Shown: in pieces, positions 62,452 to 64,000 of the stretch
Layout of the letters: each line of letters opens with the position of its first letter
Position numbering within the stretch: the stretch's first letter is position 1
Assembly: GCF_036365525.1 (NCBI RefSeq)
Contig: NC_090409.1
Coordinates: 39,318,437-39,382,436 of the forward strand
Length of the DNA: 64,000 nt
Origin: Heterodontus francisci
Lineage: Eukaryota
Direction of reading: 5' to 3'
Notes under the pieces: generated by a model
Databases searched by the model: none
What the model saw: only the letters and a program-made list of their open reading frames with translations
What the model was told of the DNA's origin: nothing
Position numbers and translations under genes: made by a program

Positions 62452-62890
62452 ACAGTCCATGGTCCCACTCCCCATTACTGACCCCCCTCCCTCCCGGCTC
62501 TGAGACACATTGAGACCGGGAGCAGCCCTGACACAGTCCATGGTCCCTCTCCCCATTACTGACCCCCCTCCCTCCCGGCTCTGAGACACATTGAGACCGG
62601 GAGCAGCCCTGACACAGTCCATGGTCCCGCTCCCCATTACTGACCTCCCTCCCTCCCGGCTCTGAGACACATTGAGACCGGGAGCAGCCCTGACACAGTC
62701 CATGGTCCCTCTCCCCATTACTGACCCTCCTCCCTCCCGGCTCTGAGACACATTGAGACCGGGAGCAGCCCTGACACAGTCCATGGTCCCTCTCCCCATT
62801 ACTGACCCTCCTCCCTCCCGGCTCTGAGACACATTGAGACCGGGAGCAGCCCTGACACAGTCCATGGTCCCACTCCCCATTACTGACCCC
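62452..62890. repeat. 81-bp minisatellite, about 5.4 units, in module E intron 1
   Basis: Same unit as in A and B. Confidence 0.93.
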
Positions 62891-62914
62891 CCGGGTGTGA
62901 GACACTGACAATAC

Positions 62915-62935
62915 CTGCTGTGTTTTTCTATCCAT
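62915..62935 (-). CDS. Leader module E exon 1 (MDRKTQQ)
   Basis: gcaATGG, CAG|gtattg donor; start of ORF 62432..62935. Confidence 0.55.
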
Positions 62936-63176
62936 TGCCCCGATCCTGGATCATTCTCTCCCGGAGACAGGAGACTGGGAATCTGCTGCTCAGGGTCAGA
63001 AACAGCAGCCGCTGGGTCAGACAGTGAATATTGAAACTGACTGAGCTGCTGAATCTTTACAGACGGTGACAGTGGCGGGAATATGACACTGAAACCTGGA
63101 TCCGGGTTCTAAATAAACCATTTCTTGGCGGGAACGGCTTCTGTTGGCAGTCAGGGCCGGGGTCAGAGCAGGTCGC

Positions 63177-63853
63177 CCAATCAGCGGCCGGGACGGCCTG
63201 TCACTCAGTGATAGCCCTGCCCCAGCCCCCTGGCCCCGCCCTTTGGCTGGAACAGATTCTCTTGGCCCCAGTGGCGGGTTCAGAGCCAGTTGTCCAATCA
63301 ACAGCGGGGCCGGCCTGTCACTCAGTGATAGCCCTGCCCCCAGCCCCCTGGCCCCGCCCTTTGGCTGGAACAGCTTCTCTTGGCCCCAGTGGCGGGTTCA
63401 GAGCCAGTTGTCCAATCAACAGCGGGGCCGGCCTGTCACTCAGTGATAGCCCTGCCCCCAGCCCCCTGGCCCCGCCCTTTGGCTGGAACAGATTCTCTTG
63501 GCCCCAGTGGCGGGTTCAGAGCCAGTTGTCCAATCAACAGCCGGGCCGGCATGTCACTCAGTGATAGCCCTGCCCCCAGCCCCCGCCCTTTGGCCGGAAC
63601 AGATTCTCGGCGCCCCAGTGGCGGGTTCAGAGCCAGTTGTCCAATCAACAGCCGGGCCGGCATGTCACTCAGTGATAGCCCTGCCCCCAGCCCCCTGGCC
63701 CCGCCCTTTGGCTGGAACAGATTCTCTTGGCCCCAGTGGCGGGTTCAGAGCCAGTTGTCCAATCAACAGCCGGGCCGGCATGTCACTCAGTGATAGCCCT
63801 GCCCCCAGCCACCTGGCCCCGCCCTTTGGCTGGAACAGCTTCTCGGCGCCCCT
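63177..63853 (-). promoter_or_regulatory. Tandem 118-bp promoter repeat (about 5.7 units) upstream of module E
   Basis: Each unit has CCAAT, (C/A)TGTCACTCAG and CCCCGCCC; period 118 bp with one 111-bp unit. Confidence 0.8.
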
Positions 63854-63864
63854 GTGAGTTCTCT

Positions 63865-64000
63865 GTGGCCTTGTCCAATCTACACCTTCTCCTTTGTTAT
63901 CTCTTGGTCCACCCCCGGCTCACTTGCTTATAACCTTTGACATTTCTAATATTTGCTAGTTCCGAAGAAGGGTCACTGACCGCTCTGTTTCTCTTTCCAC
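63865..64000 (+). mobile_element. Penelope-like tail fragment
   Basis: Matches 24135-24285; hammerhead motif is degenerate (GAAA deleted). Confidence 0.6.

Overview
Vertebrate genomic DNA, most likely a shark or other cartilaginous fish (inferred from HE1-like V-SINEs, DeuSINE-like repeats, and abundant CR1 and Penelope-like elements). The window holds a recently duplicated cluster of type I membrane proteins with B7/butyrophilin-like Ig V-set domains and no IgC domain. Exons were assembled by hand from GT-AG sites and phases. Gene A (+, 11595-19941) has 5 exons and encodes 239 aa: leader-V-TM-tail. Gene B (-, 45640-31833) is an inverted paralog with two tandem V exons and encodes 338 aa if both are used. 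Gene C (-, 1293 to the left edge) is partial. Two intact leader-only modules, D (52278-51901) and E (62935-62310), sit upstream of B with no V exon of their own and are phase-compatible with B's V exons. Each paralog has expanded a different minisatellite: an 81-bp unit in intron 1 (0 to about 70 copies), a 40-bp upstream unit, and a 118-bp promoter unit carrying CCAAT, TALE and GC boxes. Most long ORFs in the track are artefacts of these repeats or decayed retroelements. The rest is nested LTRs, a Gmr1-like Gypsy remnant, CR1/Tx1/RTE LINE fragments and Penelope-like tails with hammerhead motifs. Repeat boundaries are approximate unless a TSD is given.
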